Notes under the pieces: generated by a model
Databases searched by the model: none
Told to the model about the DNA's origin: nothing
What the model saw: the letters and a program-made list of their open reading frames with translations, nothing else
In this document: piece by piece, positions 13,546 to 26,960 of the stretch
How positions within the stretch are numbered: the first letter of the stretch is position 1
How the letters are laid out: each line of letters begins with the position of its first letter
NCBI GenBank assembly: GCA_001244265.2
Contig: CDLV01000007.1
Location: 930,001 to 994,000, forward strand
Reading direction: 5' to 3'
Source: Microbotryum violaceum
Lineage: Eukaryota
Length of the DNA stretch: 64,000 nucleotides
Position numbers and translations under genes: made by a program

Positions 13546-14784
13546 TATGGGCCGCCGTTTGGGCAACAAATGGATTTGCGCGCCCGGGGCTACTTGCGCG
13601 TTACAACTCGTTTGTACGCGCGCCGAAAATCGTGCAATTGCGCGCCAAAGGGCCTTCATACGCGCGTCATTCACTCTTGGACGCACTTTTGGTCTCTAAC
13701 GCGCTCTGGAACCTGTGGAGTTGCGCGCTTTCCAGGAAATACATCTGTTTCTGGCCCCTATTGGCGGTCCGCGCGCTTTTCACTCACTGTTAGACTCGCT
13801 CGCCCCGCCGTATCCGCGCACGGACGGGGCATTACACGCGCTACAGCGCGCTCATGCGCGCGCAACCTACTCAATCTACGCACTTTTTGGGATTTTTCCA
13901 AAAACCAAAAATAAATCCGTAAAATGATTTTGAGTTTTTTCATTTTTCATAGCTAAATTCCGAACCCCGCACTCCCCGCTCTTTACGATATGCGCGCCTC
14001 GGAAGCTGCTTACGCGCGCTCGCAAACAGTTCTCACGCTCGCAAAATCGCAGATGCGCGCGACCGGAAACGCTCTCACGCTCGCGACGCTCTGATTCGCT
14101 CGCGGCTTTTTCTACTTGCGCGACAACCGACCCCGAGGAGGATTGCCTTTTCACTCCGCGGTGTGTATCTCATTCTCATGGCAGGAGGTGTCGAAGCGTT
14201 CGAAGCTCAGGGCTGGGCACTCCGGCTCCAAAGTTGAGTTCCAGAGATCCAGAGAGCTAAGGGCTCGTTCCAGATAATTATTTGTCGGGGTGGGCCGACA
14301 AATCCTGCGCCGGTGCTCCCGGCCAAGAGTCTTGGTATGCAGCAGCAGAATCGTATATCGAACATCGGCACTGGAAGAATCTCTGCATCTGCTCCAGCCT
14401 GCATTAGGAGGGCTCAAAGAGCTCCCAGCTTGCAACGTACCTGCACCCTTGGCGGCCAACTCCCTCTCCCAAGTCGGAATGATGCCATCCAACTTTCTCG
14501 TGATGACAATTGAAAGCTTTTGACTCTTGAGTGAAACAGAGTCGTTATGAAAGCGGGGAATGACTGGACAAGGTTGACGTGGGGGCGGTGTGTGTGTGGA
14601 AGAAGGCGGCCGCGCGAGTCCGCGCGAGTGTCGCGCGTGAGCTGGAGTGTGTCGCGCATGAACGAGTCTAGACGAGTCGCGGGCGCGCAAAAGCGTTCGG
14701 CGGGGCGCGCATATCCATATTTCTGGGCGCGCGGAGGCCCCGGGCGCGCAAATCCATTTGTTGCCCAAACGGCGGCCCAAACTA
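13546..14784. mobile_element. Non-autonomous TIR element of about 1.24 kb inserted into the repeat array
   Basis: Perfect 43-bp inverted repeats at 13548-13590 and 14737-14779. Flanked by GCG on both sides (13543-13545 and 14785-14787). An empty-site paralog lies at about 42975-43017. Confidence 0.85.
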
Positions 14785-15099
14785 GCGCACCCCCCAGCAC
14801 CGGTACCGCCCCGGCTTTCTGGGGTCCTCGCCTGGCCAGTCCCTGGCAGTGCCTGGCTCTGGGTGACAAGCGGCCGGCACAACGGGCGAGACAGCTCATC
14901 TGGACAGCTTTTTTCTACAAATCACGATCCTCCGATCCTTTGATGTTGAATTCCCCTTCTGCACAGAAATATGCCATGACATTCCACATCAGCACTTGAC
15001 TTCGTGTGGTCCGAATTAGCGAACTGTTAGTCGGACACCGGCTTCAGCAATTCAGCGAGCATGCTGCATGCTGCATGCTGAACCGCATGCATGATTTAT

Positions 15100-16400
15100 T
15101 GATCGGCGACGACCGAACGAGGCCTTAACGTCCTCAACCTCAACCCCTGATCTGCAAATGGAAGTCGACCGAGGTAGCTACCGTACAATTGAAAGAGACT
15201 GTTTTCGTCATATGTCACATGGCCAAAATCTCGGACACCATATTCTTCTTGTCACGCGTCAAAGAGGCCTCGGAATACTTAATCGTACTAAGGTTGAGCA
15301 GCAATTTCCTTTGTCACACTTTGGCGAAGAAATCACTACAGTGGCATCACAAAACGTCGAGTGTCTCACCATTTGCCCCAAAATTGGCCTTTGGATCATT
15401 GTAATCTTGCCAGATTTCGGTCCCAAAATGTCCCACATCCGATGTCACATTTTACAAATTTTGGGCGGAATGCTACGGTTCAAATCATACGGTAGCTACA
15501 ACATCGGGCGGTAGACCAAGGGGAAGCTAACGAGTGGCAAAGGCCTACATAAGGCCTACATTTTCGCGCGTCCCGAAGCCCACGGCGGTTGCAACACCGC
15601 TCAAAGCTTGGTGATTTCCCGGGGATCGCCAGGGTCTAGATCTGGGACGTCTTGGCGACCCTGGAGTCCGAATTCAGAGGCCCAGACCACCGAAGGCGGC
15701 GTGATTCCACTACGTACTCCATGGACTCCATGCCAGCTTGGAAACGTTCTCCTTGAATTCTTCTGTTCTTTATACATTTCACCGCTCGTATAGCACTAGT
15801 CAAGGTCTTGTAGATTGCCTGTGTCGGCCCAGGTCCCAGGCCCCAAGCGTACCTCCAAGCCTACCCACTCTGCTCAGATCTTGATTACAAAAGCTAGATT
15901 AACCGATCGATCGGGCCCGAAATGTCGATGGAAGACGCTGCCAAAATGAAAGTCCCGATTCGCGATTGTGGGTCAGAGCTCTGGTAGTCTGATTTGGTCC
16001 CATCGCTTGAAGATCCAGGTGCTTCGCAAAGCATCTTGATTTTCTTTGTGCTCGTTGAGGTACCGGTAGAAGCAAGGCACTTACTTGACCATGGTCAAAA
16101 GTTGTGGGATATTTTCTGAGCACTTGAAATAACATCGGCGTCGAGGCAAACCCCGTCGGTCATGTGCATCAGCGGTCTCCACTGAAAGCAAAGACTTTCC
16201 CCTCAGAATGTACATGAAACTGATAAATATTCTCGGTTTTTCATGAACGCTGCGCTGCGGGTTTGACATGTCGCGAGCGAAAGGTCGTACGGAACAGCGC
16301 CGAAATCGAGATTTCGTAATTGTCGACACTCGGTGGCACTCAGAACTGCATGGAATCGGACCGTTCAAGTCTTGTTCACTCAATTTGTGCGATGGCTGGT
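15100..16400 (-). pseudogene. Decayed coding-like sequence of unknown origin
   Basis: Protein-like stretches broken by several TGA stops, plus a gtaagt donor at about 16085. No family recognised. Confidence 0.25.
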
Positions 16401-16691
16401 GGAGATGATTTTTGAACTCTTGATCCTTTGAGCAAGCACATAGTGCAACGCTAGCTTCCTACGCTGCAACAGCGGTCGCATACAAGCGTCCGATGCAGCT
16501 CAAAGTGCCGATTTGATGAGATCCCCCGTTGTCGAGCCAAAATTGGTGGGCCTGACCGGCCCGGCCGGCTATCGCGGTGCTTTGGCCAGTACTAGAGGCC
16601 GCAGTCGCCTGTGCTCGCCTGCTGGAAGCCTCAAGGCCTCACTCAGCATCTCTAGTGCGCTCCGTCTAGCCGGTACACACGGCTCCACACG

Positions 16692-19600
16692 ATGAGCAAC
16701 GAGAGCATACAGACGATTCAAGGAATCAAATCGGGTCAACGACAACGACCCGACTCGATCGCTCTCCCCGCTCGTGATGACTTCGCGTTAACCAGCCCAC
16801 TCTCACCGCCCGCGTCTACCACCTCATCCGGCGGCGCCAGTTCCGTCGATCGCCCCGGCGGGGCATTGCCCTCGTCACGGCTTTTTCCGATGAGGTCAGT
16901 CACGCAAAGTGTTGATGTGCTACGACGTGCAGCTGTCTACGCAACTGTCCACCGTATCGTTTTGATTACCTGCTGACGCCGACCCTGAACCTCGCATTTG
17001 TTACACGATCCCCGTCATGGCTCAACCCGCCGTTGAATCGTCGATGTGCATCTCGCTACACCTTCGCTTCGTCGTATCCATGTGGTGTCGTCGGTCAATC
17101 GGCGTGTGCAACATCCGAACTCGAACGGAAATATAATATAAATGTTTCCTCTGTGACGATGATGTTGCCGATCTCACCTGTACAGGAATGTGATGCACTA
17201 CCACTCGTCGAAGGGAAAGGAGCGTGCTGCTCCGATGTCGCCGGGCTCGCCTCCGTCATCGGGGTACCCAATCATGTCGCCGGCCTTTTCCAGAGCTTCG
17301 GGGACCTCTGCTATCACCTCTTCCATTGAACCTTTTACATTCCACGCATCGGCGATGCCGACCACGCGCAAGCTCGCGTCAAGACCCGAGACCCCCGGCA
17401 CCGCGTCGTCGGCCCCGACCGTCCCATCGGAGGGCGCGCAGTCCGACATACCTTTGCTGATGACGGCTCGATTCGAGCATTCGGTTGCACCGGATGGGTC
17501 TCACCACGTATTGACTGGAAGGGACGGGGTCATGGAGAGATGCGAAGATGAGGTGTGTTGGACGAGCGGGCTTGTAGACAGCTTACAGGAGCTTGCGCCA
17601 TCTCGTTAGCGAAATGTGAGGCGCTGACTCCTGCGCTTCGTGTTCGCGTGCCTTGCAACTCTCACGCTTCCCCAACACAGCCGATTCGGCTGCCTGGTGC
17701 GATTCAAGCCTTTGGGGTGCTGATCGCATTTGAAGAGCAACCGGATGGCAAGCTGCGGGTGCAGCAGGTGTCCGAAGTGAGCAGGAAGGAGCGCGGAATT
17801 GCACCTAGGAGCCGTAGGACTAATCTGGTCGCTTCGTTGCATCATCCGACGTCTTCCGCAGAACTCGAATTTTATTCTTGGCATGCGGCCAAACGACTTC
17901 TTCCGCACCCAATGCCTTACCAGTCTGCTAGACCCCGAAGAAGCCGACGCACTGCGGGACGCGCTCGAAGCACTCGACGACCGCGACGCTGATTCTGCCA
18001 ACTTGTACGAAGGGCCTATCAACTTCCAGCTCTCTGGAACGGGCCGACCTGGTTCGGCTGCGGCTGATGCCCAGGATTCGTCACGACTCGAATGGTCGTG
18101 TCATGCCGCGCTGCATCGGCCCGATCGGGTCAATCGGCCGAAAATGGCCGTACTGGAGCTGGAGCTGATGGACGACACGGTCAACCCGTTAACGACCGAA
18201 TCCACGGAGCCGGCATTGCATGAAGAAAAAGGAGGCATGGAGACGGACCAACCTTTCGAGCCGACTGAGGAGGATCTGCAAGAGAGTACGGTCTCGCTGG
18301 TCAAGCCGTTACGGTCATTGGCGGGGATGAAACGGCAGCGCCGGGCAAAGAGGTCGCAAGCGGATGTCGACGTCGTGACCTTGTTAATCAATATCAACAA
18401 CGAGCTCTCCAAAGCTGAAGATATCAATGTCTTCCTCAGGATCACAGCCGGTGTCTTTAAGGAGTTGACCGAGTTTGATCGCGCAATGGTCTACCAATTT
18501 GACGAGAAATGGAATGGTCGCGTTGTGGCCGAGCAAGTTGACTGGTCACGGACAAAGGACTTATTCCGCGGTCTGAACTTCCCTGCCTCCGACATCCCTG
18601 CCCAAGCCCGAGAGCTATATCGCGTGAACAAGGTACGACTGCTGTACGACCGAGACCAACCGACCGCTCGCCTGTGCTGCCGCGACGTGTCCGAAGTCGA
18701 CAACCCACTCGATATGACCCATTGCCATCTGCGAGCCATGAGTCCAATCCATATCAAATATCTCGGTAACATGGGGGTACGAAGCAGTATGTCGATTTCA
18801 ATCACTGCCTTTGGGGGCCTATGGGGCCTGGTCGCCCTGCATACATACGGACGGTATGGCCATCGAGTCTCGTTCCCCGTCCGACAGCTGTGCAAACTCC
18901 TCGGCTCGTCAATTTCGCGAAACATTGAGCGGCTATCCTACGCAAAGCGACTGCACGCTCGCAAACTGATAAACACCGCCCCGAGCGAGGCGAACCCTTC
19001 CGGCTATATTCTGGCCAAGTCAGAGGACCTCCTGCTCCTCTTCGACGCCGACTTTGGAGTGCTGAGCATCGGTGACGAGGCCAAGATCCTTGGCTCTGTC
19101 GTCAATTCTCAAGAATTGCTCGCCGTCCTAGAGTACCTTCGCGTAAAGCAATTCACGACGATGCAGCACTCTCAGGACATCCGTGCGGACTACAACGACA
19201 TCGACTACCCTGGCCCATTCGAGATGATCGCCGGCTTGCTCGCCGTTCCCCTCTCGAGCGAAGGCCGCGATTTCATTGTCTTCTTCCGACGCGGTCAACT
19301 ACAGGAAGTCAAATGGGCCGGCAACCCGTACGCGAACAAGACGGAAGACGGGGATGTTGGTCAGCGCCTCGAACCACGCAAGAGCTTCAAGACCTGGAGC
19401 GAAGTCGTGTTGGGGAAATGTCGCGCCTGGACGGATGAGCAGATGGAAACGGCGGGCGTGCTCTGTCTGGTTTATGGCAAATTCATCACGTGAGCCGTGC
19501 ACCGCTGAAAGGAGCAAGGTAGCGAGAGATGGCATGGTAACCTGGACTGAAGTGAACTCTTATTTGTACAGTGTGTGGAGGGAAAAGGAGTCCGCTCTCA

Positions 19601-21819
19601 AGACCAGCCAACTTAACAGTCTGCTGCTCGCCAACGCGTCCCACGAAGTGCGCACCCCGCTCAACGCAATCATCAACTACCTCGAGCTCGCGCTCGATAG
19701 TGAGGTCACGGATGAAGTGCGCGAGAACCTTACACGAAGTCACGCGGCGTCCCGTTCACTCATCCACGTCATCAATGACTTGCTTGATCTGACGCGCACC
19801 GAAAGAGGCCAAGACCTCTACCTGCAAGACCCGTTCAACCTGTCAACAACACTGGAGGATGCCTTGTCGGTTCACAGGGCTGAGGCCAAACGTCGGGGTA
19901 TCACGCTCGACGTGGTTGAAACCCCTCAGGGGACGCCAACAAATTTGCTCGGAGACCGAGGCAAAATCCGCACGATCGTCAGCAACATCGTCGGCAATGC
20001 GGTCAAGCACACGAAGAGCTCGGGCAGCGTCACAGTCGAGTGGGGCGAGATGACCGACGTGGATCTCGAGGATGCCATGGACAAAAAGACCGACAGTATC
20101 CGCATTGGGCTGTCGATCATCGACACTGGCGTGGGTATCTCAGAGTCACGCCTCGAGTCCTTGTTCCGCGAGTTTGAGCAGGTCTCGACTGTCGGCGATG
20201 ACCAGCGTGGGGAGGTAGCGTCCTCGGGGGGAACTGTCGGACTTGGACTGGCCGTCGTTGCTCGCATCATTCGCAATCTGGGAGGTCAACTGAGGGTCGA
20301 GTCAAAGGAAGGCGAAGGCTCCAAATTTATGGTCATCATACCGTTCCGACTCCCCCAGCAGCCGATCTCCCCGCCCGGCAGCTCCACAATGGACGACGAC
20401 ACGTTGGCGGCCTCATCGCGAACGATGAGTATCGCCAATGGGCACAGGTCGATGACCCGCTCCAACAGTACTGGTTCCGCCGGGTCGAAGAATTCGGACA
20501 TCGACTCCATCATCAGCGCCATGTCGAGCTCGCACATGAACCCTGGAGCTGCCAGACATATGACGAGCGGCAACCAGCGAATGCTGCAGGCGAAAACGTC
20601 GCGCGCTTCGAACACTTCCACTTCGAATCGATCCAACCGCTCTGAAGGGTCGATGCGCTCAAATCGATCCTACAACTCGACGGGCACCGTCGGGAGCAAG
20701 GCCAGGTCGAACGGCTCGATCGAAATTGATAGCTCGAACGTCGCACTACGGGCCATTCGGGTGCCGCCACTTATGCGCTCTGCACAGGAGTTGAATTCTC
20801 CGGACGGCGATCAGGAACGAACAATAGTACGCCGCGGCTCGCTCACCCGGACTGGATCGCGCAGTGGTGTACTGGCCTCCTCCGAGGAGCACCGAGGAAA
20901 GATCAATGCCGCACCGGCTACGACGAAGCGAATCACAAACATTCATGCGGCCATTGCATCGCTTACTTCATCCACACGGATGGACTTCGCCGACGCTATT
21001 GCGGAACAGGACGGGGCCGTCGAAACCGGCGACGCAAGTCTTCAGCCACTGATCGAAAGTCCGATACACGTGAGCCAGTACAAGGCATCGCCACCGGCAG
21101 TGCAAGAGGATAATGTTCCCTCGATGCGCGTACTGGTCGTCGAGGACGAGCTCGTCAATCGCATGATCCTGCAAAAGCGACTGACCAAGGATGGCCATGA
21201 TGTCGTTGTCGTCGAGCATGGCGGTGATGCTGTGCGGCTGTTCAAAGAGGACCGACAAGTGAGCCCAGTGTTTGTGTCCTTATTTTATGAGGAGCGTTAC
21301 AGAAAGCTGACGAATAAACATGCCTTGCTATCAGTTCGATTGTATCTTGATGGACCTGCAAATGCCGATCATGGGCGGTCTCGAGGCGACGCGTCAGATC
21401 CGGAGGATCGAGCACGACGAACCCGTCTCCCTGGCGCAGCAGAGGCCTTCCTCGATATTGAACGGCCAGATCCCGATCCTTGCCGTTTCAGCATCGCTGC
21501 CGGAACGTGAACGACCACTGATTGTGGAGGCCGGTATGGACGGATGGTGCCTCAAACCGGTCGATGTCAAGCGCTTACGCAAATTGATGCGCGGAGCTAT
21601 CGACGTCGCTGTGCGGAGCGAAGACGTTTACCAGTCAGTCACCATTCTCACGGTTTTCTGATCCTGTTGGCATCTCCAAAGGCGCGTGAACCCATACTCG
21701 AGGTTTTGTTTGCCCACAGAGCTGGCTCGTTTGAGAAAGGCGGATGGAACTTCGAAGCGCCGTCGCATCGACCGTCCAAGCCCGACGTGGCCGACTGGGT
21801 TCAGAACCTGTCCAAGTAG
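16692..21819 (+). CDS. Fungal phytochrome (N-terminal extension-PAS-GAF-PHY-histidine kinase-receiver), red/far-red photoreceptor, FphA/Phy1-like
   Basis: RCEDE|PIRLPGAIQAFG carries the bilin-binding Cys. Also GAF FPASDIPAQARELY and LRAMSPIHIKYL, PHY LEPRKSFKTWSE, H-box LLANASHEVRTPLNAII, HATPase DTGVGI/GLGLAVV, receiver ILMDLQMP, and C-terminal EKGGW. Introns are GT-AG. Confidence 0.97.
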
Positions 21820-22628
21820 TGTCGACGTTCTATTACATGAAAGCGAAGTGCCGCCCGCCGGTGTCTTCAGGATTTTCATGAGCATGAGGTTTGAGGGGCG
21901 TGCCCCAAGTCCTTTGCGGTGCTCAATTTTTCTTTTTGTTTGCGGAAGTTGGCGCGTAGAATTTCTCTTCTGAAGTGGTCTTTTTCTGGGGCCCGGGATA
22001 CTCGAGGTTTCATGTCATGTCTCATCTTGTACTGTTTCATCTCTTCACGAATCGAAATACCAGAGCTCTGTTTGAACAAGAGAAGCCGGTGGGGGAACTT
22101 GTGTTTCCTATTGTCACCCACTTCCAAGTCTCGAATGGTGGATTCAGCTCGATTCGAAATGAACATTTGCGCTTCTGGACGGTTCCCCCAAGCGCCCCTG
22201 CATCGACGCCAGCCCAGCTTCGCCCGCATCCCACCACCCGACCGCCTCACCCGCCCAATTCATCATGTCCTAGTAAGCGCCACTTTCTTCTCCTAGGGCC
22301 ATCTCAGAGCTACCGGCTGTACGACTCGGTGCTTCTCCAACGACCGTTCTATGGTGCTACTACATCATAAGCGCACGAGTCCCGATTCGCGCCGGGGTCA
22401 CTGGCTCGCTACCGACTCGAGACTACGATCATGTCATCTCCGACCTCGCCCACTTCTAACGAGAATGTTCTCCTTAGCTACGAAAGGAGCAAGATCGTAC
22501 GCGTTGTCGATCACACATTCAATCTGGACCTCGACCGCCGCTCATTGCTCGCTTCCGCAACGACCTCTCATCCCAACATCACCGACAAGGAAGCAACAAC
22601 TGACTTTTCGGCCTTTGTTCCACTGCAG

Positions 22629-23171
22629 CACCATCGCTGGCAAGAAGATCCTCAACGAGTACATCGCGTGAGTCTCGCTCACTCACTTTTGGGCCGTACT
22701 TGTGCGCCGCGGGGAGTTGCGTTTCGCAAATTGAGGATTAAGCAAGCGCATTATTAACCATTTGCTTTCCATCTTCCTCCCGCAACCGCGATCGCCCTTC
22801 CCTCCCCCGCATGCCCACGCCGTGCCGTCCTTCGTCATCTGATCCGGGTTCACTCTTCTCCGACCTCTTTCCTCCGTCGTAGCCTCGGTGTCTTCGGCAT
22901 GACCGGTTTCGGCGCATGGGCCGCGACGCGAGGTGGGGATGCCAAGGCGACCAAGATCGCAGAGTCGACTAGCGCCAAGCTCAACTCGTCCAGGTAAGCG
23001 CTATGCATCGAACTCTTACTCCCATGGTTGATTTTTCTTGGAGATTGACTGTGCTCTTTTTGCTTCCGTGTTGTCGGTCTATTTATGATTAACAGCGAGG
23101 AGGAGGCGGCCTTTATCCAAAACTTCATCAACGATCTCGAGCACCAGGACAAGGCGCAGAACAAGCACTGA
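22629..23171 (+). CDS. ATP19: Mitochondrial ATP synthase subunit k (5' exon not resolved, lies upstream of 22629)
   Basis: Spliced product TIAGKKILNEYIA|LGVFGMTGFGAWAATRGG...LNSS|SEEEAAFIQNFINDLE..KH* matches the fungal Atp19 pattern. Confidence 0.75.
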
Positions 23172-23413
23172 GCGTAGCGATGATAGTTCTGGTGTGATGA
23201 TTTTGGAAGAAGAACAAGAGCGGAAAGGAGTTACATAGAAAGATGAAATCGGAGAAGGTCTCCGTCCAGATCTCCTTACCTGCACGGCATGAGGGTTAGG
23301 TGCTCTCGAGAGAACTTTCGATAAGGGTTGCAAAGCTTCGTTATCTTTTCATTTCGAGATGCTATAAGAGAAGAAAAGCGCAGAGAGGAAACACAAAAGG
23401 AAACACTCGAACT

Positions 23414-26400
23414 CTACTTTGTGTCCATCGGGACATCCTCCTTCTCGTACCCTTCATTCTTCCTCAGGATGACATCTGCGATTGCCAAGCGGAAATAGTT
23501 AGGTTAGTGAGCATTCATCGGCGCGTGCAAGTCATCGGAAACATTGCTGCAACTCACATCCTTCAAGTACATGCGAGTAAGAGATATACTCCTCTGTCGC
23601 CAACTCGGCACGTTCGACCTGGCCCAACCGCACCGGTGTTTGATGCGTCTGGAACCCGGAGATCGTTCTCGGTTTACCGGCTTGACCCACGACATCGACG
23701 GCGGTCCCGACTCGGACCGTAGCGGGCAAGAATTCGCCTTCCTCGTTGAAGGTGATGAGGAAGCGAGGGTACATGGCCATGACGATAAAGTAGAGCATCC
23801 AATGTGACTTGTCGAGAATGAACTCTTTCGAATCGGTGAAGGCGATGATGGTCGCCAATAGACCCGCAACGGCGACGGGGGACATGAGGGTGCGATCGGT
23901 ATGGAATGGGTTGATCCCGATCGTACCTTTACCCATATGCACCAGGCCTTGCGCGATACGGACCATGAAGAGGCAGTCGGGTTCTTTGGCGTAGTACGAT
24001 GCGAGCTGGCGCAGCATTTGTGCCAAGCGCGCATTGTTCGTTCCCGCGCCGACGAGACCCATCGCGAAGATGGCGTTGATTGAAACGGCGAGGTCGTTGT
24101 CGTGCGAGTAACGCGACAGAGTATCGAGCAACGTCAAGACCGGGTTCGAAGCCGAGATCAGACCCAAGGCCAGAGGGACCGCACGACGAATGACGGATTC
24201 CCCATAGTGCATCAGGTGGTTGAGCTGTCGGATCGCCATCTCGGAACCGACATCTTCACCCATCGAAATGACTGCGATACCGAGCACGGCAAAGGCCTGG
24301 TGCAGGTCTTCTTCCTTTTCGGCGTCGATGTGCTCGTAGCAGTGGTTTAGCATCGATTGTATCTTGAGCACGTTCCCTGTCCCCGCGTACGACAGAATCT
24401 CGACGAGCACCAAAGTCTGTTTCCCGATCGGGGCCTCGATCGCCTTGAGTGTCTCGATCGTCGCGTCCGAAGCGTCTTGTCGACTGAGGTAGAGCACCGC
24501 CAAGCCAAGGCCCAAGAAGCGACCCCACTTGCTCTTGAGCTCGGCTTCCTCACGCTCCATCATGGTCTGCAGAATCGCCATGGTCACCTCGCCATCGCAC
24601 GAACCGACAAAGATGAAGCCCAACGCGAGCGACGTCATGGCCGCGATCTCCATCGTCACCGCCGAGTCGGCGATGGCTGGAAGAAGGAGCTCTCGAATAT
24701 CCTCCCGTTGTGTGCCGGCGTACGCGATACCGATACCGACGATGGCCGCAACTCGTAACGGCACCGATTTGGACTCGACATGTTCGGACAAGAGAGCGAG
24801 CGCGGCGTCCATCTCGGTTCGGATCCCCGAGTGAATCAACCCGTTGGCCAGCATCGCACCGGCCTTAATGTGTTCCTCGGTCGCGTAGGCGTACTTGTCG
24901 ATTTGTGACAAGCCGACGTCCGTGTCCCATAGCAAACTGACACCGAGCGAGGCCGCGGCGGAGAACATGCCGTGGTCCTTGTTCTTGTAGATCCAACTCT
25001 GCCCCTCCTCGGCCTCGACCATCAGCTTGTCGTTGCCGAAGCCGGCGTTGACGAAGGCGTTAACAAACGTGCCGGCCAAGTTTTGACGTGCCGAGTCGAC
25101 GCTCGCGGCGGCGCCGCTCCGTGATGTGTTTTCGAGGTGGGATTTGTAAATATCCTCGAGCGACTTGGGTTCGGTGACGTTGAGCTCTTTGCCGAAGCGC
25201 TTGAAGTTCTCGGTCAGCTTGGTGTTGTTGAGGATCTCGACGAGGTCCTCATCGTCGGTCTCAATATTGACTTGTTGACGAGCCAAGAGGTACGCGAGTT
25301 GTCGCTTCATGTGACTGAGTGGAAACAAAGCATGCCATTCAAGGGTTATGCATCAGCATGCTGCCCCTCGTAAACATTCCCACTTTGTTGGACTAACGGG
25401 TTTGTCGGGGATTCAAAGTCCTCCTTGATCAAGTCCATGTCTTGCAACTTGAGCGAGAGCGCAATGCTCTCGGTGTACTTGCCGTGCTTGCGGTAGATCT
25501 CGCGCGCGGTTTTGAGGAAGAGTTGGTCGTCGGGAGAGATGAGCAGGTTCACGCACGAGACCATGTAGAGGCACACGCGGGCGTAGGTGTCCTTGTCGAC
25601 GTGGGGTACGATGCTCGGAATCGATTCGAGTTCGAGCAAGAGATCGACGGCGTCGGCCTCGCCGTTGTGGGTGAGCAAAAAGGGGACGAGACGCAATCCG
25701 AGCTGGAGCAAGTCGTCGGTCGACTCGGTCGAGCTCTCGTCGTTCTGTCGGGCGAGGTATTCTTCGCCCAACTCGGCCGCCAGGTGACGCACGTACTCGT
25801 GTCCCCACAGTCCCGAATCCTCCTCGCTGCCGCCCTTGAGCCGGTAGGACAGCGTTTCGCGCTTGCCCGAGTCCGAGTAGGTCATGGCAAGCACGGAGAG
25901 GATGTCCGCAAAGAGGCTCTTGTCGCTGACGGAGGCCGTGCTCGAGTCAGCGGATGTGATGCCGACGGCCTTCTTGACGTCGTCGAGCATCGAGGTCGAA
26001 GGCTGGTCCGGCCACGAGGCCTGGATGGCGGCGAGATCGGCGTAGTGGGGACGGAGGTGCTTGAGCGGCTTGGGCACCGAGGTGAGCGACGAGGTCGAGG
26101 TGCGGATCAAGGTTCGTAGTGACTCGAGTGCGGGTCGGTACAAAGACGTGTCGGCTTCCTGTTTGGGGAGGAAGGTTAGTCACGGGTGAGTGAATTAGGT
26201 GGGAGGTGGAGAGAGCGGGACTCGCCTTGAGTCGCTCGACGAGCATCTCGAGTTCGCTCTTGAGTGCAGCATCCTCTTCGGACTGCGAGCAGTGTACGAG
26301 TCAGTTGCTGTTGTACTTTTGTTTCGTTGCAGGCTGGGTTGGTTTCGGAGCGGACGCCGACATCGAGGTCGAGGCCGAGGTCGACGCGTGGTCGGTGGCT

Positions 26401-26585
26401 CAGAGACTGACCAGCTCATTCTCATCCTCCTTGGCTGCCGTGGCAGTCGTAGTCGGATCTTTCTTGTCGTCGTCTCCTTCCGGCGACTTGCCCTTGTCAT
26501 CCTTCTTGACCGGGTCCTTGGATGGGATCGGCGCGACGATGAAGGGGACCCCGTTCGGGTCTCGTTCGTCCTCAGCTGCTGGCAT
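23414..26585 (-). CDS. RPN1: 26S proteasome regulatory subunit Rpn1 (PSMD2)
   Basis: Contains IRTSTSSLTSVPKPLKHLRPHY, WGHEYVRHLAAE, DSARQNLAGTFVNAFVNAGFGNDKL and VRVGTAVDVVGQAGKPRTISGFQTHQTPV. Confidence 0.97.
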
Positions 26586-26960
26586 CGTCGATGGGGGAGA
26601 AGATATGGGCAAGATCGAGAGAGAGGGGTGGGAAGAGGAGAGGGTGGTGGCGAAAGAGTCGGAGCGGATGAGGTGGGGAGAACAGCAAGGAGAGTGTGTA
26701 GAATCGAGAGAGCAAGCTGTTGGACGAGCACGTCGTCAGCGCCTGTCAGCGCCTGTCTGGAAAGCGCGCCCGCCAGCTCCGGCTCAAGACTGCCTACGCG
26801 CTCCCGCTTGGGCCTCTTCTCGCGGGCTAAATAGCGGGAATGGCGGGCGCGGCTGGCCAAGACCCGGATTCGTAGTTCGATCGTCTCGAGGCGATCGAGA
26901 CAGCTCTCTAGCTCAGGTCTTACAGGCCCAAGGTACCAGCTCTTGCTCCTCTTGAGCAAC

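Larger units (their letters stand above)
9150..14860. mobile_element. Degenerate DNA transposon or nested TE complex, about 5.7 kb
   Basis: The left end (agccaggc..cagg.ctagcc..aggcaggacccccgaaagcc, 9154-9251) resembles the reverse complement of 14811-14860. Subterminal gaggcgc..ttttgacatttt motifs occur at about 9310, 9365 and 10567. The interval encloses a transposase pseudogene. Confidence 0.5.
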
